42,069 nucleotides of DNA from an uncultured Clostridia bacterium (GCA_904420285.1 CAJFUM010000104.1:1-42069), one strand, 5' to 3'. Shown: positions 19,444 through 28,923, counted from the first letter of the stretch. Made by a program: numbers and translations. Notes: a model not told the origin generated them from the letters alone.

Positions 19444-19536
19444 GACATGAATTTTTTCATGTCAGACTATTAACAAAATTTTTGAACTTTGTCAATAGTC
19501 TGAGATTATCCCACCAATATTATGGTGGGATAATCT
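19444..19536. terminator. three tandem hairpins between the convergent genes dnaE and 19550-20257(-)
   Basis: The three hairpins are gacatga/tcatgtc (19444-19463), agactattaacaaa/tttgtcaatagtct (19464-19501, one mismatch), and a perfect 14-bp stem agattatcccacca/tggtgggataatct (19503-19536). Confidence 0.55.
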
Positions 19537-19549
19537 GTTTGGATATAAT

Positions 19550-20257
19550 TTATTTTGTATTGTCATATATCGTATAATCGGTAGGTAAATCGAAATCACT
19601 ATCTGTTACTTCATTAAATGTTATACTTTTTATCCAAGTTTTGGGGCTTGCACTAGTTTGTGTTGGTTTAATAGTAGTATAACCTAAAACGAAACCAGTT
19701 GATTTTTCTATCCAATATGCACTAATTTCTTCACTTAATTCGCTATCATTTTGAAAAGTACCATCATCTGTTTTATGATAAGTTATTTCCTTTACAAAAA
19801 TACAATCTTTTCCTTCAATCTTTTCATCTTTAATATATGAAAGTTCTACTTTTATGTTATTACCTTTAGGATTAATAGAGTTAAAAACATAATATTGTAA
19901 TCCTTCATAAATACCAGTTGCATTTTCAACGAATATATATTTTTTCTTATCAGAAATTAAATACTGCTTTTCATTGTCTAAATCTATAATGCTATAACTT
20001 AATAAAATATCATTGGAATTTTCCTCAATTACTGTTTTCATCTTATTTCCTTTATAATAATTTTTAACAATTCCATATTCATTTTTTCTTTCTATACAAA
20101 CATTTTGCATATCTTGCATATTTTCTATACCTTTTTGAACTAAATCATAAATATCTTCACTTGAATATTGGGTATTAGACTGGTAAATTTTAAAAAATAA
20201 AATACTAAATAAAATAATGAATATAACTATAATAATGGATATTATATAATTTTTCAT
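19550..20257 (-). CDS. membrane-anchored hypothetical protein (LolA/DUF4367-like beta-rich ectodomain guess)
   Basis: SD aagggtgaag. N-terminal TM IISIIIVIFIILFSILFF, 235 aa. It is one of only five minus-strand genes I call in the window. Confidence 0.5.
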   Translation of the reverse strand: MKNYIISIIIVIFIILFSILFFKIYQSNTQYSSEDIYDLVQKGIENMQDMQNVCIERKNEYGIVKNYYKGNKMKTVIEENSNDILLSYSIIDLDNEKQYLISDKKKYIFVENATGIYEGLQYYVFNSINPKGNNIKVELSYIKDEKIEGKDCIFVKEITYHKTDDGTFQNDSELSEEISAYWIEKSTGFVLGYTTIKPTQTSASPKTWIKSITFNEVTDSDFDLPTDYTIYDNTK

Positions 20258-20394
20258 CTATTAAACTTCACCCTTTCTTTATGAAGTTAAAAATATCATA
20301 ATAAATATAATATGTCAATATCTGTTGAATGCAATACAGGATAAAGACATGAAAAATATTTTATATCTCTATTGTAAGTATTATGGAAACGAGT

Positions 20395-20423
20395 TTGACA
20401 ATTTATGGAAGTTATGATATAAT
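20395..20423 (+). promoter_or_regulatory. consensus sigma-A promoter for the 76-aa gene
   Basis: TTGACA (20395-20400), a 17-nt spacer, then TATAAT (20418-20423) with an extended -10 TG at 20415-20416. Confidence 0.7.
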
Positions 20424-20458
20424 AAAATATACTCATTTTAAAAAGGGAGGAAATTTCC

Positions 20459-20689
20459 ATGGCATTCGAACAAAAAGCAGAGCAAACAGCTACAATAGCA
20501 ATTTTAGCTGGAGGAGCTGGAATCCCCATCAATGGAATTTGGAATCTGGGCAGTTTGACAGGAAGTTTTCGCATAGACGAAGACGAGGTTGTTATTGGTC
20601 CCAATATCCCAAACAAGTTTTTAAGTGAATCACTGAAAAATGACATTAGGAGGTTGGTTAGAGAAAGACACATTGAAGGAAGTTTTTAA
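20459..20689 (+). CDS. small (76 aa) protein of unknown function, monocistronic
   Basis: SD agggagga 7 nt upstream of the ATG. Sequence MAFEQKAEQTATIAILAGGAGIPINGIWNLGSLTG... It has its own consensus promoter and terminator, and its codon choice is locally GC-richer (atc ccc atc, ctg ggc, cgc, gac). Confidence 0.6.
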   Translation: MAFEQKAEQTATIAILAGGAGIPINGIWNLGSLTGSFRIDEDEVVIGPNIPNKFLSESLKNDIRRLVRERHIEGSF

Positions 20690-20698
20690 ACCCTAAAT

Positions 20699-20733
20699 CC
20701 CAAGCATGAATTTATGCTTGGGTAATTTTTTTT
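20699..20733 (+). terminator. intrinsic terminator of the 76-aa gene
   Basis: Stem cccaagcat / atgcttggg with a 6-nt loop, then taatttttttt. Confidence 0.8.
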
Positions 20734-20738
20734 ATGTA

Positions 20739-20766
20739 TTGACAATAATAAAAACAATGATAAAAT
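20739..20766 (+). promoter_or_regulatory. sigma-A promoter of the ABC transporter operon
   Basis: TTGACA (20739-20744), a 16-nt spacer, then TAAAAT (20761-20766) with an extended -10 TG at 20758-20759. A ~120-nt leader follows. Confidence 0.6.
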
Positions 20767-20886
20767 ATATATGTTAAGAATAAAAAGAATTTTTAATATT
20801 ATAATCAATATAAGGGGGAGTATTAAAACAAGATAAATTGTCTTATAAATACTTCCTTTAAATTTATAAAAGTAGGAGGAAGCACA

Positions 20887-21588
20887 TTGGCATATATTGA
20901 ATTTAAAAATGTTATAAAAGAATATAAAATGGGGGAAGTTTCAATAAAGGCATTGGATAAAACTAATTTTCAAATAGAAAAAGGAGAATTAGTAGTAATT
21001 GTAGGACCAAGTGGAGCTGGAAAAACTACTGCACTAAATATATTAGGAGGAATGGATAGCGTAACTTCTGGAAATGTATTAATAGATAATAAAGATATTA
21101 GCAAATTTAATAAAAAACAGCTTACAAAATACAGAAGAGAAGATATAGGATTTGTATTTCAATTCTATAATTTAGTACAAAATTTAACAGCACTAGAAAA
21201 TGTAGAATTAGCCACACAAATATGTAAACACCCATTAGATCCTAAACAAATATTAAATAAAGTAGGATTAAAAAATAGAATGAAGAATTTCCCATCACAA
21301 CTTTCCGGAGGAGAACAACAAAGAGTTGCAATAGCAAGAGCAATAGCTAAAAATCCTAAATTACTTTTGTGTGATGAACCAACAGGAGCATTAGATTATA
21401 AAACTGGAAAACAAATTTTGAAATTACTACAAGATACCTGTAGAAAAGAGAATATGACAGTAATAATAATTACACACAATAGTGCATTAACACCAATGGC
21501 TGATAGGGTAATACATTTTAAAAATGGAACAGCATTTAATATAGAAAAAAATGAGAATCCAACACCAATAGAACAAATAGAATGGTAA
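20887..21588 (+). CDS. ABC transporter ATP-binding protein (MacB/LolD/FtsE-like)
   Basis: TTG start after SD aggagga. Walker [10 protein letters not shown], signature [14 protein letters not shown], Walker [13 protein letters not shown]. Confidence 0.9.
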   Translation: MAYIEFKNVIKEYKMGEVSIKALDKTNFQIEKGELVVIVGPSGAGKTTALNILGGMDSVTSGNVLIDNKDISKFNKKQLTKYRREDIGFVFQFYNLVQNLTALENVELATQICKHPLDPKQILNKVGLKNRMKNFPSQLSGGEQQRVAIARAIAKNPKLLLCDEPTGALDYKTGKQILKLLQDTCRKENMTVIIITHNSALTPMADRVIHFKNGTAFNIEKNENPTPIEQIEW

Positions 21589-21603
21589 AAAGAAGGTGAA
21601 AAT

Positions 21604-24600
21604 TTGAAAAAAGCACTTTTTAAAGATGGAATAAAAGAAATAAAAAATTCATATAAAAGATTTTTATCTTTACTACTTATAGTACTTCTTGGTGTAGGCT
21701 TTTTTGCAGGAATAAAAGCTGCAAGCCCAGATATGAAAAAAACATTGGATCAATATTTTGATGAATTATCAGTAATGGATTTACAAGTAATTTCTACAAT
21801 GGGATTAACTGATGAAGATATTGATTCAATAAAAAATGTAAGTAATGTAGATATTGTGCAAGGTTCATATCAAACTGATGCTTTAGTAAGTATTGAAGAA
21901 GAAGAAGTTGTTGTAAAACTAGAAACAATTACAGACGATATAAATAAATTAAAATTAATAGATGGTAGAATGCCAACAAATAAGAAAGAATGTGTAGTAG
22001 AGAGTAACTTTTTATTAGGTACTAATCATAAAATAGGAGATAAAATAGAAATAAAAATAGATGATATAACAAACGAAGAAGGCGAAAAACAAAAAGTATT
22101 AAAAAATTATGAAGTAACAATAGTAGGAACAGTAGACTCTCCATTATATATTTCAACAGATAGAGGAAGTACTAAATTAGGAAGCGGTATTATTGACTAC
22201 TATATCTATGTTCCTAAAGAAAATATAAATGTAGAAATGTATACCAATATATATCTAACAGTGAGCGGAGCAAAAGATTTACATACTTGTGAAGATGAAT
22301 ATAAAGAAAGTGTAGATGCAGTACAAGATGCTTTGGAAGGAATTGCAGAAGAAAGACAAGAAGCTAGATATAATCAATTTTGGGGCTCTGCAAATGAAAA
22401 AATTATAGATGCAGAAAAAGAATTAGAAGAAGAGAAAAGTAAAGCAGAAAAAGAATTAGAAGATGCAGAAAAAGAGCTAAATGATGCGGAAAAACAAATA
22501 GAAGATGGAAAAGCTGAAATTGCAGCAAATAGATCTGAAGCAAATGCAAAATTTAATTCTGCAGAAAAAGAATTGGAAGATGCAGAAGCGGAATTAAGTA
22601 AAAAAGAGGAAGAATTTAATACTACAAAAAAACAAGTACAAACTCAAATTAAAGAATACGAAGCAAATCTTTCTACATTAAAGCAAACAGAAAAACAATT
22701 AAATAATGCTAATAAAAATTTGAACGTTTTGAATAACCAAATACAAGAGTTAAACAATGCATTAGAAAATGCAGAAAGTGAAGATGAAAAAAACAAAATA
22801 CAAGAACAAATTGATGAATTAAATGTAGAAAAACAAAAAATTCAAATAACTATTAGTATTATAGAAAGTGAATTACAGAAACAAGGAATAACAAATATTA
22901 AAGAAACAATTAAAACAATACAAGATGGAATAAATAAAGCAAATGAAGAATTAGAAGAAGGAAGCAAGCAATTAGAAGAAGCAAGAGAGCAGATTAATGA
23001 AAATAAAGAAAATTTAAATGATACAAAAAATTCTACATATTATCAATTAAATATAGCAGAAAATAAACTTTTAGACTCAGAAAAAGAGTTAGAAGAGGGA
23101 AAAAAAGAATTAGAAGATGCTAGGAAAGAATATAATGAAAAAATAGAAGAAGCAGAACAAAAATTATTAGATGCAAAGGAAGATTTAAAAGAAATTCAAA
23201 GACCAGAATGGTATGTATTAGACAGAGAACAAAATGTAGGATATGTTAGTTATGTACAGGATACGGATAGGGTTGCAAGCTTAGCAGAAGTATTCCCAAT
23301 AGTTTTTTTCTTAGTTGCAGCATTAATTAGTTTAACATCAATGGCAAGAATGGTAGAAGAACAAAGAGTACAAATAGGAACATTAAAAGCATTAGGATAT
23401 AGCAAAAGACAAATTTCAGCTAAATATATAATTTATGCAAGCTTAGCTACTATACTTGGTGGTGGAATTGGTCTAATAATTGGTTTTAACTTATTACCTA
23501 AGATTGTTGCAGATATGTATTCAATGGTATATAGTGTTCCAACAGTAATATTAGAATTTAATTTTGATATTGCACTAATGGGAATGTCAGCAGCTATATT
23601 ATGTACAGTAGGAGCTACTATATATACATGTATAAAAGAATTAAGACATAACCCTGCTACATTAATGAGACCTAAAGCACCAAAACCAGGTAAAAGAGTT
23701 ATTTTAGAAAAAATACCATTTATTTGGAAAAATTTAAAGTTTACTTCAAAAGTAACTGCAAGAAATTTATTTAGGTACAAAAAAAGATTTTTAATGACAA
23801 TTATAGGTGTTTGTGGATGTACAGCACTTATAGTTGCCGGATTTGGATTAAGAGATGCAATAGCTAATATGATTCCAAATCAGTTTGGTGAAATAGATAA
23901 ATATAATATAAATATTTCTTTAAAAGAAGATAAATATGAAGAAGAATTAGAAAAATTGGAAACAGAATTATTAGAAAAAGATGAAATAACTGAAACACTC
24001 GGAACCAATATTCAATCAATAAAAATAATAAAAAATGATAACAATCAAAACATACAATTAATTGTACCATCTGATGTTAATAAATTAGAAGAATTTATAT
24101 CATTAAGAAATAGAAAAAATATAGAAGAAAAATATGTGCTAGACAATTCTGGTATAATAATATCAGAAAAATTAGCTAATTTATTAGATATAAAAATAGG
24201 AGATATAATTACAATAGAAAATTCTGATGGAGATAGAGCAGATGTTAATGTTTCAAAAATAACAGAAAATTATTTAATGCATTATATATATATGTCTCCA
24301 GAATTATATAACGAAATATTTGATACCAGAATAGAATCTAATGTTATATTAGCTAAAACTATTGAACTTAGTAAAGAAGACGAAAATAAGTTAGGAAAAG
24401 AATTATTAAAAGATACAGACAATATTTCTGGAGTAAGCTTTACGTCAGCATCAGAAGATATGTTTACAACAGTTATGGATAATATGGATACAGTAGTTTG
24501 GATTTTAATAATTGCTGCTGGACTTTTAGCCTTAGTAGTTTTATATAATTTATTAAATGCTAATATAAGCGAAAGAATAAGAGAACTTGCTACTATTAAA

Positions 24601-24885
24601 GTTCTTGGATTCTATGATAGAGAAGTATATAGTTATATAGCTAGAGAAACCATAATATTAACAATAATAGGAATAATAATTGGATTACTGGGTGGATATT
24701 TCCTTACAATGTATATTTTAAAAACATGTGAATTAGATATAACCATGTTTGATCCAGAAGTTAAATTATTAAGTTACATATTAGGAATAGTAATTACAGT
24801 ATTTTTTGCAATTATAGTTAATATAGTTACATATTTCTCTCTAAAAAAGATAGATATGATAGAAAGTTTAAAAAGTGTAGAATAA
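21604..24885 (+). CDS. FtsX/MacB-family ABC permease with two FtsX modules and a ~290-aa coiled-coil ectodomain insertion
   Basis: 1093 aa. TM1 LSLLLIVLLGVGFFAGI, a heptad-rich E/K region (about aa 250-535, AEKELEDAEKEL...), a first 3-TM FtsX bundle (about aa 565-700), a second ectodomain, and a C-terminal FtsX bundle. Confidence 0.85.
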   Translation: MKKALFKDGIKEIKNSYKRFLSLLLIVLLGVGFFAGIKAASPDMKKTLDQYFDELSVMDLQVISTMGLTDEDIDSIKNVSNVDIVQGSYQTDALVSIEEEEVVVKLETITDDINKLKLIDGRMPTNKKECVVESNFLLGTNHKIGDKIEIKIDDITNEEGEKQKVLKNYEVTIVGTVDSPLYISTDRGSTKLGSGIIDYYIYVPKENINVEMYTNIYLTVSGAKDLHTCEDEYKESVDAVQDALEGIAEERQEARYNQFWGSANEKIIDAEKELEEEKSKAEKELEDAEKELNDAEKQIEDGKAEIAANRSEANAKFNSAEKELEDAEAELSKKEEEFNTTKKQVQTQIKEYEANLSTLKQTEKQLNNANKNLNVLNNQIQELNNALENAESEDEKNKIQEQIDELNVEKQKIQITISIIESELQKQGITNIKETIKTIQDGINKANEELEEGSKQLEEAREQINENKENLNDTKNSTYYQLNIAENKLLDSEKELEEGKKELEDARKEYNEKIEEAEQKLLDAKEDLKEIQRPEWYVLDREQNVGYVSYVQDTDRVASLAEVFPIVFFLVAALISLTSMARMVEEQRVQIGTLKALGYSKRQISAKYIIYASLATILGGGIGLIIGFNLLPKIVADMYSMVYSVPTVILEFNFDIALMGMSAAILCTVGATIYTCIKELRHNPATLMRPKAPKPGKRVILEKIPFIWKNLKFTSKVTARNLFRYKKRFLMTIIGVCGCTALIVAGFGLRDAIANMIPNQFGEIDKYNINISLKEDKYEEELEKLETELLEKDEITETLGTNIQSIKIIKNDNNQNIQLIVPSDVNKLEEFISLRNRKNIEEKYVLDNSGIIISEKLANLLDIKIGDIITIENSDGDRADVNVSKITENYLMHYIYMSPELYNEIFDTRIESNVILAKTIELSKEDENKLGKELLKDTDNISGVSFTSASEDMFTTVMDNMDTVVWILIIAAGLLALVVLYNLLNANISERIRELATIKVLGFYDREVYSYIARETIILTIIGIIIGLLGGYFLTMYILKTCELDITMFDPEVKLLSYILGIVITVFFAIIVNIVTYFSLKKIDMIESLKSVE

Positions 24886-24977
24886 AATATATCAACTGAA
24901 ACATTAATCTGTAGAAAATATGTAGAAGTTTAATATAAAAAATAAAAGCCGAAAAATAATGAAGTTTAATCAAATTA

Positions 24978-25006
24978 TTGACAATATTACCTAAATATGA
25001 TAAAAT
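24978..25006 (+). promoter_or_regulatory. sigma-A promoter of rplU-rpmA
   Basis: TTGACA (24978-24983), a 17-nt spacer, then TAAAAT (25001-25006) with TG at 24998-24999. Confidence 0.65.
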
Positions 25007-25012
25007 ACTTAC

Positions 25013-25092
25013 TTGTAAGCCGCCTGAGTCGGGCAACTAAATGTTAGAAATTACTAACTGCCTTGTATTTTATGCTTAGCGAGTATACAAAT
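25013..25092 (+). ncRNA. rplU 5' leader, possible L21 ribosomal-protein leader (autoregulatory)
   Basis: A long 5' UTR between the promoter and the SD, containing an unusually GC-rich segment (gccgcctgagtcgggcaac). The position matches the Firmicute L21 leader. The structure was not verified. Confidence 0.35.
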
Positions 25093-25111
25093 AAGAGGAG
25101 GTGTACATATA

Positions 25112-25516
25112 ATGTACGCAATAATTGAAAGTTGTGGAAAACAATACAAAGTTTCAGAAGGAGATATAATATTTTTTGAAAAGTTAGATGCTGAGGAAGG
25201 AAAAAAAGTTACATTTGATAACATTGTTTTAGTATCTGATGATAAAAAAATAGAAGTTGGAGCTCCTTATGTAAAAGGTGTTAAGGTTGAAGGAAAAGTA
25301 GTTGCACATGGAAAAGGAAAGAAAATTTTAGTTTACAAATATAAAGCTAAAAAGAACTACAGAAGAACACAAGGACACAGACAACCATATACAAAGGTTG
25401 AAATAACAAAAATAAAAACACCTGCTGAAAAAGCTGAAGCAAAGGCTGAAACAAAAACAGCAGAAAAGAAAACAACTACTAAAACAGCTACAAAAAAAGA
25501 AACTGTAAAAGAATAA
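25112..25516 (+). CDS. rplU: 50S ribosomal protein L21 with a K/T/A/E-rich C-terminal extension
   Basis: [25 protein letters not shown]...[32 protein letters not shown], followed by a ~30-aa tail [31 protein letters not shown]. Confidence 0.95.
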   Translation: MYAIIESCGKQYKVSEGDIIFFEKLDAEEGKKVTFDNIVLVSDDKKIEVGAPYVKGVKVEGKVVAHGKGKKILVYKYKAKKNYRRTQGHRQPYTKVEITKIKTPAEKAEAKAETKTAEKKTTTKTATKKETVKE

Positions 25517-25579
25517 TATTTTAAATATAAAATTTAATTAGAGATTTATAAAATTAGTACACGAAGGGAGTTGAGATAA

Positions 25580-25852
25580 ATGGCTCATAAGAAAGGGCAA
25601 GGTAGTGTTAAAAACGGTAGAGATAGTGAATCTAAACGTTTAGGTCTTAAAAGAGCAGATGGACAAATAGTTCCAGCTGGAAATATTCTAGTAAGACAAA
25701 GAGGTACTAAATTTCATCCAGGAACAAATGTAGGCATTGGTAGTGATGATACTCTATATGCTAAAATTACTGGAAAAGTTAAATTTGAGAGATTAGGAAA
25801 AGATAAAAAACAAGTTAGCGTTTATCCAGTAGAGGAAACTGCTAATAAATAA
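25580..25852 (+). CDS. rpmA: 50S ribosomal protein L27 (no N-terminal propeptide)
   Basis: [25 protein letters not shown]...[14 protein letters not shown]. Confidence 0.95.
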   Translation: MAHKKGQGSVKNGRDSESKRLGLKRADGQIVPAGNILVRQRGTKFHPGTNVGIGSDDTLYAKITGKVKFERLGKDKKQVSVYPVEETANK

Positions 25853-25864
25853 TTAATCTAAAAA

Positions 25865-25896
25865 AGAAGCTATTTTTTAAAATAGCCTCTTTTTTT
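25865..25896. terminator. bidirectional terminator between rpmA and the HD-domain gene
   Basis: Stem agaagctatttt / aaaatagcctct (one mismatch), followed by T6. Confidence 0.6.
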
Positions 25897-25900
25897 CTAT

Positions 25901-26572
25901 CTAAAATGCTAAAATCATATTATAACACCATATGTAAGCATATTTGTAAAATGTCTTTTTTTCTAATTTATTCTTTATATATAAGTATGTTTCTATACAA
26001 GCACTGTATTTATCCATAAGTGTAACAATATAAGATTCTCTATATTTTGGTAAAGCAAATGTAACTGGCCACATATGTTTAACAATAACATCTTTTTCAA
26101 TATCATTTAATTCAAATATTTTACTTGCATTTTCTAATGCTATTTGTGGGTGAACAAAAGCATGTAGACCAGGAAGTTCAATAGTTCTATATTGCTTTCT
26201 CCAATCATATAAAAATAAATCATGCATCATGGCAGCACGTGTACTAGAAATATAATCTAATTTGAGTTTCTTACAAGCAATGAAAGTAAAATAAGCAACT
26301 TGCATGCAATGTTTGAAACATGAAGTGTTACAATGCTGTCTGTAATTTTTCATTTGCTGAACCATATCATTAGAAATAACATCATCAATAATTTCAAAAA
26401 ATTCTTTTAAATAATATTTTTTATCCATTTCTAAATGAATATCTTTATCAATATATAAATCAATATTACATCCAATATTTGTATAAATATCTTTATCATC
26501 TTTTATATTAGAAAAAATATTTGAACTATCTTTTTTTATAAATTTATTAATTTTTTCTCTTAAAGAAAACAT
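25901..26572 (-). CDS. HD-domain phosphohydrolase family protein
   Basis: H..CMQVAY...AAMMHDLFLYDW is an HD motif. 223 aa, with an SD aggag/aaagg upstream. Confidence 0.65.
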   Translation of the reverse strand: MFSLREKINKFIKKDSSNIFSNIKDDKDIYTNIGCNIDLYIDKDIHLEMDKKYYLKEFFEIIDDVISNDMVQQMKNYRQHCNTSCFKHCMQVAYFTFIACKKLKLDYISSTRAAMMHDLFLYDWRKQYRTIELPGLHAFVHPQIALENASKIFELNDIEKDVIVKHMWPVTFALPKYRESYIVTLMDKYSACIETYLYIKNKLEKKTFYKYAYIWCYNMILAF

Positions 26573-26765
26573 CTTTACCTTTACTCCTAATAGTTTGAAT
26601 TCATATAATATAATTATAGCATAAAAAAGTATTAGTGTGAAGAAATTAATAAATAATTAATAAAAATTATATTAATTATTATAAACTATTATGTATTATG
26701 GATAAGTAATATCTTTTTTATTAAATGTCATTTTTTTAGATTATTTAGATAAATAAATGTGGCTA

Positions 26766-26794
26766 TTGCTTTAGAAAAATATTTAATATATAAT
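26766..26794 (+). promoter_or_regulatory. sigma-A promoter of murT/gatD-like operon
   Basis: TTGCTT (26766-26771), a 17-nt spacer, then TATAAT (26789-26794). Confidence 0.5.
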
Positions 26795-26827
26795 ACTATA
26801 TGAATTTTGTAAGTACAAGGAGAAGTT

Positions 26828-28207
26828 ATGAAAAAAGGAATAAAATTTTATATTGCTTTATGGGGAGCAAAAATTGGAACTGTAATATTAAAATTATTTA
26901 AAAGAAATGCAACTTTTTTTCCAGGAAAATTTGCAATAAAAATATGCCCAGATTTTATTGGAAAAATAAATAAACCTAAAACTATTGTAGCAGTAACAGG
27001 AACAAATGGAAAAACTACAGTATGCAATATGATAGAAGATATATTAAAAGATAATAATTACATTTTTATAGATAATAAGTATGGATCAAATATTGATGCT
27101 GGAGTAGCAACAACATTATTATCTGGTGTTAATTTTTGGGGAAAATGTAAAAGAGATTTAGCAATATTGGAGGTAGATGAAAGAAGTGCTCCAAAAATTT
27201 ATCCATATATGACGCCTACTTACTTAGTGTGTACAAATCTATTTAGAGATTCATTAATGAGAAATGCACATACAGAGTTTATTTCAGAAATTTTAACTAA
27301 ATATATACCAAAGGATACAACTTTAATATTAAATGGAGATGATTTAATTGCAAGTAATATAGCTCCAGAAAATAAAAGAATATATTTTGGTATAGACAGA
27401 TTAGAAACAGATAGCGAAAAATGTGAAAATATAGCAAGAGATATAATTGTATGTCCAAAATGTAATTCTAAATTGGTATATGATTATGTACGATATAATC
27501 ATATAGGAAAAGCACATTGCCCTAATTGTGATTTTAGATCTCCAGATATAGACTATTTAGTTACTAATTTAGATTTGCAAAACATGAAAATGCATATAAA
27601 AAACAATAATGAAGAAGAAACATATGATTTAATTAGTGATAATATTATAAATATTTATAATATTCTTACAGTTATAACTGTTTTAAAACAATTAAATTTA
27701 ACAAATATTCAAATTAATGAATCTTTAAAAAAACAAAAAATAGTAGACACTAGATATAGCGAAGAAATAGTAAATGGAAAAAAGATTATTACACATTTAT
27801 CTAAGGGAATGAATCCAATTGCATGTTCTAGAGTTTTTGATTATGTAAGAAAATATAAAGGAAATAAAGCAGTAATACTTTTACTAGACGATTTACATGA
27901 AGAAGCAAATGGTAGTGAAAATACTGCATGGCAATATGATACAGATTATGAATTTTTAAATGATGATAGTATTAAACAATTAATTATAGCTGGTGTAAGA
28001 TATTTAGATGATTATGTAAGAGTAAGGATAGCTGGGGTAGATGATAAAAAAATTGTACATGAAAGAAATGAGCTATCTGCAGTAGAAAAACTAAATTTGA
28101 ATAATGTGGAAACCATTTTTATTTTACATGATTTGTACTCAATGGAATTAAAAGAAGCAATAAAAGCTAAAGTAGAATTAATGGTGAAAAATTTAGAGGA
28201 AAAATAA
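26828..28207 (+). CDS. murT: Mur-ligase-family lipid II isoglutaminyl synthase subunit MurT
   Basis: Mur ligase P-loop VAVTGTNGKTTVCNMI, a Cys4 ribbon CPKCNS...CPNCDF, and a C-terminal DUF1727-like region. A CobQ-type amidotransferase-like gene follows. Confidence 0.8.
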   Translation: MKKGIKFYIALWGAKIGTVILKLFKRNATFFPGKFAIKICPDFIGKINKPKTIVAVTGTNGKTTVCNMIEDILKDNNYIFIDNKYGSNIDAGVATTLLSGVNFWGKCKRDLAILEVDERSAPKIYPYMTPTYLVCTNLFRDSLMRNAHTEFISEILTKYIPKDTTLILNGDDLIASNIAPENKRIYFGIDRLETDSEKCENIARDIIVCPKCNSKLVYDYVRYNHIGKAHCPNCDFRSPDIDYLVTNLDLQNMKMHIKNNNEEETYDLISDNIINIYNILTVITVLKQLNLTNIQINESLKKQKIVDTRYSEEIVNGKKIITHLSKGMNPIACSRVFDYVRKYKGNKAVILLLDDLHEEANGSENTAWQYDTDYEFLNDDSIKQLIIAGVRYLDDYVRVRIAGVDDKKIVHERNELSAVEKLNLNNVETIFILHDLYSMELKEAIKAKVELMVKNLEEK

Positions 28208-28227
28208 GATGATTAAAAGGAGTTATT

Positions 28228-28923
28228 ATGAAAATAGAAATTTTATTTCCAGAGTTTTGTAACTTGTTTGGAGATATGTATAATATGAAATATTTAAAAA
28301 TGTGTTTACCAGATGCAGAATTTATAGAAACAGCATTAGACGAAAAGCCTAAATTTATAGATGAAGATATAAAAATGATATATTTAGGCCCAATGACAGA
28401 AAAAACACAAGAAAAGGTTATAACTAGACTTAAACCATATAAAAAGAGAATAGAAGAATTAATAGATAACAATGTACTATTCTTAGTTACAGGAAATGCT
28501 ATAGAAGTATTTGGAAAATATATAGAAAATGAAGACGGATCTAAAATTGAAGGATTAGGTATATTTGATGTATACAGTAAAAGAAATATGATGAATAGAC
28601 ATAATAGCTATTTTATCGGAAAATATGAGGACATTGAAATAGTTGGCTTTAAAAGCCAATTTACAATGATGTATGGAGATAATTCATCTAATTATTTTTT
28701 AGAAGTGGAAAAAGGAATCGGAATTAATAAAGAGAGTAAATTAGAAGGAGTAAAAAAGAATAATTTTATAGGAACATATTTAATTGGACCACTTTTAATA
28801 CTAAATCCACTATTTACTGAAAAATTATTACAAGCAATGGATGCAAAAGGAGAAATTGCTTTAAAAGAAGAAACAATAGCAGCATATAATGAACGACTAA
28901 AAGAATTAAAGAAACTTGCATAA
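28228..28923 (+). CDS. GatD-like (CobB/CobQ-type glutamine amidotransferase fold) protein lacking the catalytic Cys and His
   Basis: EGLGIFDVYS and GTYLIGPLL align to the GatD motifs EGLGILDFYT and GTYLHGPIL. The nucleophile position reads LVTGNAIEVFG (Thr88 in place of Cys), and the His position is Ile186. Confidence 0.65.
   Translation: MKIEILFPEFCNLFGDMYNMKYLKMCLPDAEFIETALDEKPKFIDEDIKMIYLGPMTEKTQEKVITRLKPYKKRIEELIDNNVLFLVTGNAIEVFGKYIENEDGSKIEGLGIFDVYSKRNMMNRHNSYFIGKYEDIEIVGFKSQFTMMYGDNSSNYFLEVEKGIGINKESKLEGVKKNNFIGTYLIGPLLILNPLFTEKLLQAMDAKGEIALKEETIAAYNERLKELKKLA

Noticed and set aside
20296-20673. Minus-strand 125-aa ORF and plus-strand 81-aa ORF (20383-20628) overlapping the 76-aa gene
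   Set aside because: Neither has an SD or a promoter. The 20459 frame is the one served by the consensus promoter, SD and terminator.
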